NCBI GenBank assembly: GCA_910579455.1
Contig: CAJTUT010000002.1
Coordinates: forward strand, 44,353 to 108,352
Reading direction: 5' to 3'
DNA length: 64,000 bases
Origin: an uncultured Bacilli bacterium
Lineage (GTDB): Bacteria > Bacillota_I > Bacilli_A > RF39 > UBA660
Shown: one piece after another, positions 19,140 to 28,925 of the stretch
Layout of the letters: each line of letters begins with the position of its first letter
How positions within the stretch are numbered: the stretch's first letter is position 1
Translations under genes and position numbers: made by a program
Notes under the pieces: generated by a model
Told to the model about the DNA's origin: nothing
Seen by the model: the letters and a program-made list of their open reading frames with translations, nothing else
Database searches by the model: none

Positions 19140-19896
19140 CGTTCAAATCACCACCAAGCATTGTGACAACATCAATTATCTTGTCAAAAAATTCACGCCT
19201 TTCATCATCACCTCTATGAATTTCATTAAAAACTTTTCCATCTTTAATAAAAATAACACGAGTTGCATAACTAGCTGTAAAGGCATCATGGGTAACCATT
19301 AAAATAGTTGCTTTCAACTCCTTATTTAAAAACTGAAATCTCTCTAATAACATTTTAGCAGATTTAGAATCCAAGGCTCCTGTTGGTTCATCCGCAAGTA
19401 CTAACTTTGGATTGGTAATAATTGCCCTAGCAGATGCCACTCTTTGTTTTTGGCCACCTGACATTTGATAGGGATATTTATTTAATATATCCTGAATATT
19501 TAATTCCCTAGCTACCTCTTTAATCCGTTCATCAATCTGATTTGCCTTTACATTTTGAATAGACAATGCTAATGCAATATTTTCATAGGCAGTTAAAGTA
19601 TCCAAAAGATTAAAATCCTGAAAGATAAATCCTAACTCTTCTCGTCGAAATTTATTAAGATGATTGCCTCGTAATTTGGTAATATCCTCTCCTCCAACAT
19701 AAATATGACCAGATGTTACCTTATCAATAGTTGATATTAAATTTAGTAATGTCGTTTTTCCACTACCACTAGCTCCCATAATAGCAACAAATTCTCCCTT
19801 TTCCACCTCAAAGGAAAGATTATTGATTGCCTTCGTTAAGCTAGACTTATTTCCATAGTATTTTTCAATTTCTTCTATTCTTAAAACTTTTTCCAT
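19129..19896 (-). CDS. ABC transporter ATP-binding protein (BceA-type)
   Basis: Walker A GASGSGKTTL, signature LSGGQKQR, Walker B LVLADEPTGALD, H-loop VTHD. The start at ATG 19896 (MEKVLRIEEIEKYYG) has the RBS AAAGGAGA; the track start at 19920 is probably too far upstream. Confidence 0.85.
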   Translation of the reverse strand: MEKVLRIEEIEKYYGNKSSLTKAINNLSFEVEKGEFVAIMGASGSGKTTLLNLISTIDKVTSGHIYVGGEDITKLRGNHLNKFRREELGFIFQDFNLLDTLTAYENIALALSIQNVKANQIDERIKEVARELNIQDILNKYPYQMSGGQKQRVASARAIITNPKLVLADEPTGALDSKSAKMLLERFQFLNKELKATILMVTHDAFTASYATRVIFIKDGKVFNEIHRGDDERREFFDKIIDVVTMLGGDLNDAL

Positions 19897-19983
19897 ACTA
19901 TTTCTCCTTTCTATCACCATTTTAGTAAAAAATATGTCAAATGTCCCTCGTTTAATATTACCGAATATTACAATTTTGTAATT

Positions 19984-21003
19984 TCATCGCTCCGTATGAT
20001 AAAAATCATTGTTTCCAAAAATAATTTTAACTTCTGTACCCTCATGATAAACGGATGAAATTTCTAAAATATGTCCCATTTTCTTACATAATTTATCTAC
20101 TATATATAATCCCATTCCTGTAGACTTTGTTTTCCTCCTCCCATTTTCTCCTGTAAAAGACTTTTTGCATACATAATTTAAATCACCTTTTTGTATTCCT
20201 ATTCCATTATCTACAATATTTAAAATAGTTTGATCTTTCTGAATTTCAGCAAATATTCTTATATATGATTTTCTTTTCTCATCCCTATATTTAATGCTAT
20301 TATTGATAATCTGATTTAAAATAAACTCTAACCATTTCATATCACTATAAACTTCAATGTTTCCCAAATCCACTTCTAAATCAATTTTACTTTCTAATAA
20401 ATCATCTTTATTTTTGATTAATACATTACCGACCATTTTCTCTAAGGATACTTTTCTAATCACAAAGTCCTCCTCTGTATAATTGCTTCTTACATAATAT
20501 AATACCTGATCAATATAATTATCCAGTCTTCTAACTTGTTCAAGAAATGATTTATGAAGTTTTTCCTTATGATTATGACAAAGTAGTATCAAACTAGAAA
20601 TAGGTAGTTTTACTTCATGAATCCACATTTCTATATACTCCTTAAAATCTTCTATATCCTTTTTATTCTTTTGTACATTTTCTGACATAGATCTATCAAT
20701 TTCATATAAATTATGATATAAAATCTCTCCTTCATAAAAACTAGGCTTTGAAATAGTCTCCAATACTAAGTACTTTTGATCTAGTAACTCTATATTACTA
20801 ATAAGCTCATCATAAAATCGTTTTTTTCTAATAAAATTAATACCAAAAAGCAGAATATGCATCATAAAAAAGATAAAGGTAATAGAAAAAATTAAAGAAA
20901 TATTTATGTTAAAAACAAGAAGTAATAATAATATCACAGCATAAGAAAAGAAAATTAATAAAATAGATAAATAGTGATCCACAATGTACTTACTTAATTT
21001 CAT
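19984..21003 (-). CDS. sensor histidine kinase, intramembrane-sensing BceS-type (two N-terminal TM helices, no extracellular domain)
   Basis: 339 aa; two TMs in the first ~60 aa; an H-box-like region (IHEVKLPIS), an N-box/G-boxes (NSIKY..., DNGIGI, GMGL) and a HATPase_c C-terminus. Confidence 0.8.
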   Translation of the reverse strand: MKLSKYIVDHYLSILLIFFSYAVILLLLLVFNINISLIFSITFIFFMMHILLFGINFIRKKRFYDELISNIELLDQKYLVLETISKPSFYEGEILYHNLYEIDRSMSENVQKNKKDIEDFKEYIEMWIHEVKLPISSLILLCHNHKEKLHKSFLEQVRRLDNYIDQVLYYVRSNYTEEDFVIRKVSLEKMVGNVLIKNKDDLLESKIDLEVDLGNIEVYSDMKWLEFILNQIINNSIKYRDEKRKSYIRIFAEIQKDQTILNIVDNGIGIQKGDLNYVCKKSFTGENGRRKTKSTGMGLYIVDKLCKKMGHILEISSVYHEGTEVKIIFGNNDFYHTER

Positions 21004-21662
21004 AATAAAATATATCCCTGTCCCTTTCTAGTTTCAATCACATTACAGTATCCCAATTCACTCAATTTACTTCTCAACCGACTAATATTAACTGTTAATG
21101 CATTATCATTAATGTACTCATCGTTATTCCATAAATCTGTCATTAAAACATCTCGGGTTACAATCTTTCCTTGATTATTTAATAAATAACTAAATACAAT
21201 CATTTCGTTTTTGGTTAATTCTATTTCCTCCTCATTCTTTTTTAAAATCCCTTTACTTGGAAAAAATTCTAATTCTCTATATTTGTAAGAGTCAACTTTT
21301 TGTTCCATCCTTCTCAATACATTTTGAATTCTTAAAAGTAAAATAGTTGGGTTATATGGTTTAGTAATATAATCATCTGCCCCATAAGACATAGATAGAA
21401 CCTCATCCAATTCACTAACACGACTAGTAACCATAATAATGGGAATATTCGTCTTCTTTCTAACTTCCCTCAACAAAGTTTCTCCATTTAAAAAAGGAAT
21501 GTTAATATCTAATAAAACTAAATCAGCATTACTATTTATAATTTCCTCAAAAGAATTGGAAAAATTATTTAAGATGTTTACAACATAACCTGAATGTTCT
21601 AATAGATTCTTTAACTCTTTGCAAATTGTTTGATCGTCCTCTACTATCATAATTCTTTTCAC
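21000..21662 (-). CDS. OmpR-family response regulator (BceR-type)
   Basis: Receiver motifs MIVEDD..., LVLLDINIP, SELDEVL plus a winged-helix C-terminus (LTKNEMIVFSYLL..., RLRSKL). The track ORF (start 21752) carries a hydrophobic N-terminal artefact; the likely start is GTG 21662 or ATG 21650, after a GGTGGA RBS. Confidence 0.8.
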   Translation of the reverse strand: MKRIMIVEDDQTICKELKNLLEHSGYVVNILNNFSNSFEEIINSNADLVLLDINIPFLNGETLLREVRKKTNIPIIMVTSRVSELDEVLSMSYGADDYITKPYNPTILLLRIQNVLRRMEQKVDSYKYRELEFFPSKGILKKNEEEIELTKNEMIVFSYLLNNQGKIVTRDVLMTDLWNNDEYINDNALTVNISRLRSKLSELGYCNVIETRKGQGYILL

Positions 21663-21957
21663 AAAACATTCCACCTTTAATAATAGTATATCATAAAATA
21701 AAACTTTAAAAAGAATAGAAAAATTTGGGTCCAATTTTTTACAAAAAATCATTATAGAATGATGACAATTTTAAAAGTTTAGTAAAATATTATAAATTTC
21801 TTCTCAATATTTACCCATATCAATATAGAACATTTTAAGAATGTTCTTTTCATGTGATTTAATTAGGCAATTTCTAAAGTTTTAGCTCTAATTGTTTGGA
21901 TTTCCTTCAATTTTTCCTAACAAAACAGCCTCACATACATGATATCCAGATTTTATT

Positions 21958-23040
21958 TTATGTCAGTTTCCCTGGCATATTTATATTACCATAAAAAAGA
22001 CTTTTGACAGGTTTTCTATTTAAAGTTCGAATAGTTCGAACAGATTTCCCAATGGTACCCTTAAGGATGAAGAATAATAACTTTTTTAGAGTAAAGTCTC
22101 GTTCTATTTTTGATAAATTTGCTTTTAATAAAGGTATCATACTAGCAGTTGCACTAATACAGCTAACTTCAATAGAATTTAAAAAATCTAAATTTTCTAG
22201 GTAATTAGTATGTTCACCGCATACTCCTATCTCAATTTTTTTATTTCCAACTTTGGCCCTATAAATAGATTCAATAATTTTATCTTTTGTATCATCATTT
22301 AAATAATTAAAATCATTATCTTGTTTATCGCGTGATTTTTTTGTTATACTTTCTTTTAAATAGTGTAATCTAAAGGAAATAAAATCAACTAATTTTGAAA
22401 TTCTATCAGCGTTATAAATAGATTGCACATTTTCTATCATAGCACCAATTTATAGTTTATATTATGTATTTTATTAACATTTACCCATTGCTTATATTTT
22501 TCTTCCTCGGGTGCACTATTAATGTAAGCTTCTCTAGCTGTTAAAGTACCATCTATCACTTTTTTTTACATCTTCTGAATTAAAACCTAAAATTGCCATA
22601 GAACTAACAAATAAATCAATTTTTTGTTATTCTATTAAATTTTCCCATTTTTCAGAATATTTTAACCTAGGCTTATAATATTCATTGTTTGCCATTTCCA
22701 TTATAGAAATATTTGAATATTCGTTTTCATTATCAATACTAAACATAATTGCATAGTTAAAATTTAATTTATCACTTATAATATCACCAACAATTAAACC
22801 CAATTGCGTATAAACTTGACTTTCTGAATGATTAGGATATCCCCTAAATCACCAAACGCATCCCTTATCTATTTTAAATGTACACTAACTATCACTGCTA
22901 TAAGTATAAAGTCTAGGAAACAAATCACTTTCAAAATCAAAAAAATCTAATTTTTTTCATGCAAATCAAATGCAAAAGAAATTAAATTCACAGGTTCTAA
23001 TTCAGTATTTTTACAGTTTTTTAATAGCATATTTTTATTC
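21958..23040 (-). pseudogene. decayed gene of unknown function (about 360 codons broken by >=3 frameshifts/stops)
   Basis: Hand translation of the minus strand from 23035 downwards gives MLLKNCKNTELEPVNLISFAFDLHEKKLDFFDFESDLFPRLYTYSSDS* ... RGYPNHSESQVYTQLGLIVGDIISDKLNFNYAIMFSIDNENEYSNISIMEMANNEYYKPRLKYSEKWENLIE* ... and then runs into the 160-aa ORF 21958..22440. The text is protein-like but is interrupted. Confidence 0.45.
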
Positions 23041-23195
23041 ACCTAAATTATAATACTATTGATTTTGTCAATATACAAGTGTGTTTTACTACACTGTCAC
23101 ATTTTATCACAAAACATTGTATAAAGAACAAATATTATAGGAACATTTAATAAGTTGGGTGGAGCCAAACTTCATAAAAGAAGGGAGGCGATGCA

Positions 23196-23279
23196 ATGAA
23201 CAAGAAAGATTTACAAATCTTTGCTCTAGTAATTATTATCTTCCTTTTACTATTATTGTTATTTATAACTCTAATATAA
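23196..23279 (+). CDS. 27-aa hydrophobic peptide ORF (MNKKDLQIFALVIIIFLLLLLLFITLI) with a strong RBS
   Basis: AAGGGAGG sits 7 nt upstream of the ATG. It has a single predicted TM helix and is the only well-signalled plus-strand ORF in an otherwise minus-strand region. It is below the size cutoff of the supplied ORF track. Confidence 0.3.
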   Translation: MNKKDLQIFALVIIIFLLLLLLFITLI

Positions 23280-23380
23280 AAGAAATCCACCTAACTCATC
23301 CAATGATTTAGGTGGTAACTATTAATATGGCAAACACTCAACATCGGCATATTGAATGTTCCTCTTTATTTTATGTTTTT

Positions 23381-23929
23381 TTAATCATTTGTTTCATAGT
23401 AGTAAGATGTTTCAATTCCCTTAAAAACACTCTCTAAACTTAAATCATCTGTTAAATTATTTTCTATTAAAGTTTTAATTTCTAAAGTGTTAATAGGGCT
23501 TCTTTCCATAGCCTGTAGATATAATTTTTTATCTATATTTTCCCAATTGACAATCTTGTTTAAATTTTTCTTTAATATTAAATCTAACCAAATTCTTGTA
23601 CTGCGACCATTTCCCTCTAAAAATGGATGAGCAATATTCATTTCCACATACTTATCTATAATTTCATTTAAATTTGTTTCACTCATTGTTTCAATTTTCT
23701 TTAACATTTCTTCTAAATATAGAGAGTTTCCAAATCTAAAATTACCTTTTGAAATATTTTCTTTTCTAATATCACCTGCAAAATCGTATAAACCATCAAA
23801 TAGATATTTATGAATTTGTTGTAATCCTTTTATTGTACCAACTTCAATATTATCTATATTGCCACTTGAAAATAAGTCTTTTGCATTTTCTAAACTTTTT
23901 TTATCTATTTCGTTCATAAAATCCACCAC
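23381..23929 (-). CDS. Fic family protein (Fic/Doc fold, NmFic-like single-domain class)
   Basis: The canonical Fic motif [12 protein letters not shown] (HxFx(D/E)GNGRxxR) occurs in a 182-aa protein. The C-terminal ...[10 protein letters not shown] resembles, but does not perfectly match, the class III inhibitory (S/T)xxxE(G/N) helix. Confidence 0.8.
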   Translation of the reverse strand: MVDFMNEIDKKSLENAKDLFSSGNIDNIEVGTIKGLQQIHKYLFDGLYDFAGDIRKENISKGNFRFGNSLYLEEMLKKIETMSETNLNEIIDKYVEMNIAHPFLEGNGRSTRIWLDLILKKNLNKIVNWENIDKKLYLQAMERSPINTLEIKTLIENNLTDDLSLESVFKGIETSYYYETND

Positions 23930-24290
23930 TTTTTACGAATATTTCTATTGCTTTTATACTTCTATATTCTAGCATAAAATCGTAGATTTTACAATACACG
24001 ATCAAGATTAAAGGTATAAAGATATCTCTAATTCTTGCGAATTAAATACTGTATTTTCTTTAAGATATCATCCAAATATCTTTTTCTTTTTTGCCTCAAT
24101 ATTCATTTCGTTTTCTTTTAATTGTCATAGACTTGCTAGGAAATATGTACCTAATATTATCATTATAGTATATTATTTCTTTATTTTCGTCTTATCAGTA
24201 AAATGTATAATAGGAGATAATGCTTGATTACCTACAATATCATTTGCAAAGAAATAATTGAATGAGAAATTGCATTAAAACTACTACTAT

Positions 24291-24581
24291 TTATACTACA
24301 TCTATAGTTTCTTCAAATCTATCTCTAATACTTATATTCTGCACTTTATTATAATTTTCACTTATTTTAGATAATCTAACTTTCTCCATATATTCTTTTT
24401 GTTCTTTTTCTTCTTGCTCTTTAGTAATACTATAGAAATAATCTTCAATAATTTTAAACTGACTTTCTATTTTTTCTAATTCCATTGAATATCTTTCTTC
24501 ACTCATTGGTTTTAATTTATGCTTGTCGATTAATTTTGTTTTATTACTATAAGACTCCGCTACTATAATTACAATTAACAA
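24291..24581 (-). CDS. hypothetical small coiled-coil protein
   Basis: 96-aa ORF rich in K/E; no motif recognised. Confidence 0.35.
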   Translation of the reverse strand: MLIVIIVAESYSNKTKLIDKHKLKPMSEERYSMELEKIESQFKIIEDYFYSITKEQEEKEQKEYMEKVRLSKISENYNKVQNISIRDRFEETIDVV

Positions 24582-24658
24582 ATCTTATTTCTACACTTTG
24601 GTCTATAAAGTAATCAGCCATTTTGATATTACAAGTCTTTTTATATACTTTCTTTTTC

Positions 24659-24958
24659 TTAGCCATTATATTCACCCGATACAATTGCTTTTAATAAAGT
24701 AATTAATTTACTAATGGTTATAGGCATTGTTCTATCATATAGAAATAAATTCTCTTTATCAAAATATAAAACTAATAATTTATAAGATTTAATTCTAATA
24801 ATAACTTTATGCGGTTCAATAAAACTGATATTAGTATTATCTAAGACAATTATCTTCCCCTCTATAAATTCACACTTAGCACTATTCATAGCACAAGTAA
24901 TTTCTATTCTTTTCTCAAAGTTCTCATCTTTTATGAGATTTTTCATCTTAAAATCCAT
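24659..24958 (-). CDS. hypothetical small protein
   Basis: 99-aa ORF immediately downstream of the tRNA terminators. Confidence 0.4.
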   Translation of the reverse strand: MDFKMKNLIKDENFEKRIEITCAMNSAKCEFIEGKIIVLDNTNISFIEPHKVIIRIKSYKLLVLYFDKENLFLYDRTMPITISKLITLLKAIVSGEYNG

Positions 24959-24974
24959 ACTTTTTCACTCCTTT

Positions 24975-25012
24975 TTTGTTAAAACAAAAAACCGTGAAAT
25001 CCCTTATAAAAT
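24975..25012 (-). terminator. rho-independent terminator (stem aaccgtga/tcacggtt, followed by a T-run on minus)
   Basis: The inverted repeat ccgtga...tcacgg is followed on the plus strand by aaaaaacaaaaaag at 24969-24982, which is a U-tract on the minus strand. A second hairpin (ctccaa/ttggag, 25034-25049) lies just 3' of the tRNA. Confidence 0.45.
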
Positions 25013-25061
25013 CACGGTTTAATCTATGTTTTAACTCCAAAAGTTGGAGCGTATTCACATA

Positions 25062-25138
25062 TGGTAGCGACGGAGGGAATCGAACCCCCGACCTTTCGGG
25101 TATGAACCGAACGCTCTAGCCAGCTGAGCTACATCGCC
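25062..25138 (-). tRNA. tRNA with anticodon CAT (elongator tRNA-Met, or tRNA-Ile2 if lysidinylated), CCA encoded
   Basis: The reverse complement folds as a cloverleaf: acceptor GGCGATG/CGTCGCT, D-arm GCTC-AGCTGGCTA-GAGC, anticodon stem TTCGG / loop TTCATAC / CCGAA, variable AGGTC, T-arm GGGGG-TTCGATT-CCCTC, discriminator A, CCA. Confidence 0.85.
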
Positions 25139-25548
25139 ATAAATAATAAAGCATATTCATAATAACATAATTAGTTTAATTTGACAATACCTTATTTTCC
25201 GAAAACTCTAATTTAGTATCCTTGCTATACCTAAGGATTTGCATATCGTAACCAATACAAAACGATTGTGTGGAACTATATCATATAGAACCAGTAGAAA
25301 TAACAACCGTTATTTTAACCTAGAAAATAATATGTTCATTATGATATTAAATTTCACCAAATATAAAATATAAGAGTCATTTAAGATAGAATAAAATTAT
25401 AACTAGTACTACTATAAAAAATAATATACTTCAAATAGCCACAATAAAACATTAGTTACCCTTGTCAATCTATTATAATCTACTAAAAGACTTATTTCAG
25501 GAAAAAGGCGAATATAAAACAACAGATTAAATAAAAGTTATTTCTCTT

Positions 25549-26340
25549 TTATCTATAAAACAGAAGAAAAAATTTAGCTAAAATTCCTTGCATTACAGGA
25601 ACCCTAATTTTAAAAGATGGTGACTTACTTTCAATTTCTCTAACTACTTTGTAAATTAGTCCTTTAGTGCACCCTTTCTCAATTAAAATAAACATATTTC
25701 TTTGAATTTTATTGATGCTATCTTTATGATCATAAATTTTGTTATTCTTTTTTAAAAATTTGTTCTTATTATCGATCATAACTTGATTAAATCCTGTTTT
25801 ATAGGCACCAGGTTCTATTAAAGAAATTGTAACATTCTTATCCCTTAAATATTTTAACTCTTCCTTTAAAGTAAAAGCTAACATAGAAATAGCTGCCTTG
25901 CTAGATGTATAACATCCCAAAAATGGAATAGGCAACATACTAGCAATAGAGGAAGTAACAAAAATTTTAGCCTTCTCTCCTCTTTCTTTTTTCATTTGAT
26001 AAAATTCCTGTAATAAAGAAAAGGAGGCAAAAATATTTGTTTCATAATTATCCCTTAAAACATCAATATCCATATATAATAAAGAACCTCCGTTTCCAAT
26101 TCCAGCATGATTAACTAAACAATCAATATTTAGAGTATGAATTAATTTTCTATCTTCCTTTACCCTAATATCCATTTTAAAGCATAAGATACCCAACTTC
26201 ATCTCTTTAAGTTTCTCTTTAACCTGTTCCAACTGCTTTTTAGTATGAACAGTAATGTATACTGTATGTCCTTTTTTTGATAACGCTAAAGCCAAGTCAA
26301 AACCAATTCCACTAGCAGCACCCGTTATTAAGACCTTCAT
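25549..26340 (-). CDS. SDR-family oxidoreductase (short-chain dehydrogenase/reductase)
   Basis: Rossmann motif MKVLITGAASGIGFDLA and catalytic Y..xK (YTSSKAA). The start at ATG 26340 has the RBS AGGGTGAAGAGG; the track start at 26388 adds a spurious hydrophobic leader. Confidence 0.8.
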   Translation of the reverse strand: MKVLITGAASGIGFDLALALSKKGHTVYITVHTKKQLEQVKEKLKEMKLGILCFKMDIRVKEDRKLIHTLNIDCLVNHAGIGNGGSLLYMDIDVLRDNYETNIFASFSLLQEFYQMKKERGEKAKIFVTSSIASMLPIPFLGCYTSSKAAISMLAFTLKEELKYLRDKNVTISLIEPGAYKTGFNQVMIDNKNKFLKKNNKIYDHKDSINKIQRNMFILIEKGCTKGLIYKVVREIESKSPSFKIRVPVMQGILAKFFLLFYR

Positions 26341-26391
26341 CCTCTTCACCCTTAATAGTATTTTCAAAAAAAGAAAAAAGAAACCCATAAA

Positions 26392-27666
26392 TTAATGAGT
26401 CTCTCTCGCAATAATAAATGAAACACCTTTTTTTCCATTCTTTATTGCAATATCGTAGCCAATTATATTTAAGGTTTTCTTTACAATAGATAATCCTAAT
26501 CCAAATTCTCCTTTAATTCCTTTTCTATAAGGAGTAAAAATCACTTCTAAAAAATCCCTATCTATTTTATCGCCATCATTATATAAAATTAATTTATTTT
26601 GTTTTGCAATTATTTTTATTGTGGATTTTGTATATCTCATAAAGTTTTCTAAGAGATTATCTAAAATAGTTTCCCAGTGTTCATAAGTTCCATAATAAAT
26701 TGATTTTTTATCTTTATCTAAGATAAAGTTAATATCTTTTCGATGAAATTTAAACTTTTTAATTTCAGTGCTTAATATTTGAACCATATCTACTTTTTCT
26801 ATTTTTATATTCTTAGACTCTTTGAGATAATCAAGTTTATTTAAATAAAGAAGTGAGCGTACTTTTTGATCTAATTTCTTAGATTGTTCGTCGATAACCC
26901 TAAGAGCAGTTTTTTCATCTTCTACCCCATCATATACAGCTTCGACATATGATTTTATTACTGTGAGTGGAGTTTTAAAATCGTGAGAAATGTTTTGATA
27001 CATACGATTACGATATTTTTCCTGATTAATTAAAGTAATTCTCATATCCTCTATAGCAGATGCTAATGATCTAATTTCATCATCTGTAGAAAAATTAATA
27101 AAATGATTATAATCTGGATTATCAATATTATCAACTACATCTTTAATCTTCTCAATTTTTCTAACAATCAAGGAAATCCATAGTATAAGCATTAAACCAA
27201 TCAAAAGACAAGTTCCTAATATGATTGGAAAAATAGCTGATAAAATTCTAGTTTTTGTCTCATCAATATAGCTGTCATCACTAATAGCAATTTTCATCAC
27301 ATTATTGTTAATAATTTTATAATAATAGAAAGTTTGATGATGATATCTAAATTTTCCATACTTTCTTGTCATTTTACCAATAATAACTTCTGGATCATCC
27401 AATCCTTTTACATCTTTAAAATTATCACTTATAATAACTTTACCATCAGCAACATAAAGATAAGCCACCTGAGTATTCAATAAACTGTGATCAATATCTT
27501 GCTGAACAAACTTTAATGGTTCGCTTAAATAACTATAAATACTTTTTTCAGCAACAGAAATCAAGGTTTTAGGAAGGACGATGCCAAAACAGATAAATAC
27601 AATAGTAAATATTAGACCAATTAGGGATAACAACTGACGGCTCAATTTACTCATAATATATTTCAT
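26392..27666 (-). CDS. sensor histidine kinase (two TM helices flanking a ~120-aa extracellular domain, HAMP-like linker, HisKA + HATPase_c)
   Basis: H-box ISHDFKTPLTVI, N/G boxes LLENFMRYT, DGDKIDRDF, GLGLSIVK. It overlaps the RR gene by 4 bp. Confidence 0.8.
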   Translation of the reverse strand: MKYIMSKLSRQLLSLIGLIFTIVFICFGIVLPKTLISVAEKSIYSYLSEPLKFVQQDIDHSLLNTQVAYLYVADGKVIISDNFKDVKGLDDPEVIIGKMTRKYGKFRYHHQTFYYYKIINNNVMKIAISDDSYIDETKTRILSAIFPIILGTCLLIGLMLILWISLIVRKIEKIKDVVDNIDNPDYNHFINFSTDDEIRSLASAIEDMRITLINQEKYRNRMYQNISHDFKTPLTVIKSYVEAVYDGVEDEKTALRVIDEQSKKLDQKVRSLLYLNKLDYLKESKNIKIEKVDMVQILSTEIKKFKFHRKDINFILDKDKKSIYYGTYEHWETILDNLLENFMRYTKSTIKIIAKQNKLILYNDGDKIDRDFLEVIFTPYRKGIKGEFGLGLSIVKKTLNIIGYDIAIKNGKKGVSFIIARETH

Positions 27667-28322
27667 AGTAATCGATACCCATATCCATAAATAGTATTAA
27701 TATTAAGTTTTGGCATTTTTTTTCTAAGTCTTCTAACTAAATCATCTACTACACGGTCAGTTCCAAAATAGTCATTTCCCCAAACCAAATTTAAAATTTC
27801 TTCACGAGAAAAACTTTTTTCTATATTCTTTAAAAATAATAATAATAAATCAAACTCCAATGTAGTTAATTGGATTTCCTTATTTTTATTTTCTACGATC
27901 CTTTTTTTCAAATAAATTGTATACTCCTGATAAATAATTGTCTCATTATCCATTACCTTATAGACACGTTTCATAATATTATTTACTCGCAGTACTAATT
28001 CTTTGGGAGAAAATGGCTTTGTAATATAATCATCACTACCTAGTTCTAAACCTAGTATTTTATCTAAATCTTGATCCCTAGCTGATGTAAAAATAATTGG
28101 AACAGTACTATTATTTTCTCTAACTCGTTTGATAATATCATAACCATTAATATCATCCTTTAGCATAATATCTAATATCCAAAGATCCACTTTATTACCA
28201 ATATAAGAAATGGCATCCTGACCTTTTGAAAAACATACCACTTGATATCCTGCTTTTTCTAAATAGGTCTTTACTAAGCTAGATAAATCCTGCTCATCCT
28301 CTACATAACAAATCCTACGCAT
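27663..28322 (-). CDS. OmpR-family response regulator
   Basis: Receiver residues (ICYVEDEQD, LWILDIML, TSARD, K at ITKPF) plus a winged-helix trans_reg_C domain (LTTLEFDLLLLF..., RLRKK). Confidence 0.85.
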   Translation of the reverse strand: MRRICYVEDEQDLSSLVKTYLEKAGYQVVCFSKGQDAISYIGNKVDLWILDIMLKDDINGYDIIKRVRENNSTVPIIFTSARDQDLDKILGLELGSDDYITKPFSPKELVLRVNNIMKRVYKVMDNETIIYQEYTIYLKKRIVENKNKEIQLTTLEFDLLLLFLKNIEKSFSREEILNLVWGNDYFGTDRVVDDLVRRLRKKMPKLNINTIYGYGYRLL

Positions 28323-28520
28323 ATTATCACCTACTACTAGTATACCATTAATTGTTAGAAAGAACTATCTACTTATATGATCATCCTCCTTAATCTATAT
28401 AAAATATTGTGATACCCAATGTTCTAGTATCATTTTTTTATAATATCATACCTCCTTTATGTTTTCAGTATAATCAATAAATACGGTATAAATATCAAAA
28501 AAATATGGGAAAATATGGGA

Positions 28521-28549
28521 AATAAAAAACTCTTATTTATTAAGAGGTT
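28521..28549 (-). terminator. candidate rho-independent terminator (stem ctctta/taagag with a U-tract on minus) in the murC-to-TCS intergenic region
   Basis: Inverted repeat 28530-28535 / 28541-28546 with A6 at 28524-28529 on the plus strand. It is 380 bp from the murC stop, so the assignment is uncertain. Confidence 0.3.
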
Positions 28550-28925
28550 GTAACTTTTCAAGTACTGTTTGGATACTGATATATTTTTTGCTTTTCATTT
28601 TTTAATTTCACTTTTACTTTATCGTGGAAATCATAATACCAATATCATCCATATAATCCTCTAGCTTAGTTTCATATTCTCCTGATAAATTAACCCAACA
28701 AATCAAAGCATTTAAATTTTCATCAATTATCTAAATAACAAAAAAAACAATCCTTTAACGAATTGTTTTAAAATTGAAAACCTTAAATTTTTTCCAAACC
28801 ACTTAATATCGAACAACCACCCGTTAAAAATACTTGCCCACTCATTCATCAAGAAGTTTCATATGATTATTCCTCCTAAAATTTTATAAAGAAATTATAT
28901 TACAAAATAGAAATTTTTCAATTAC

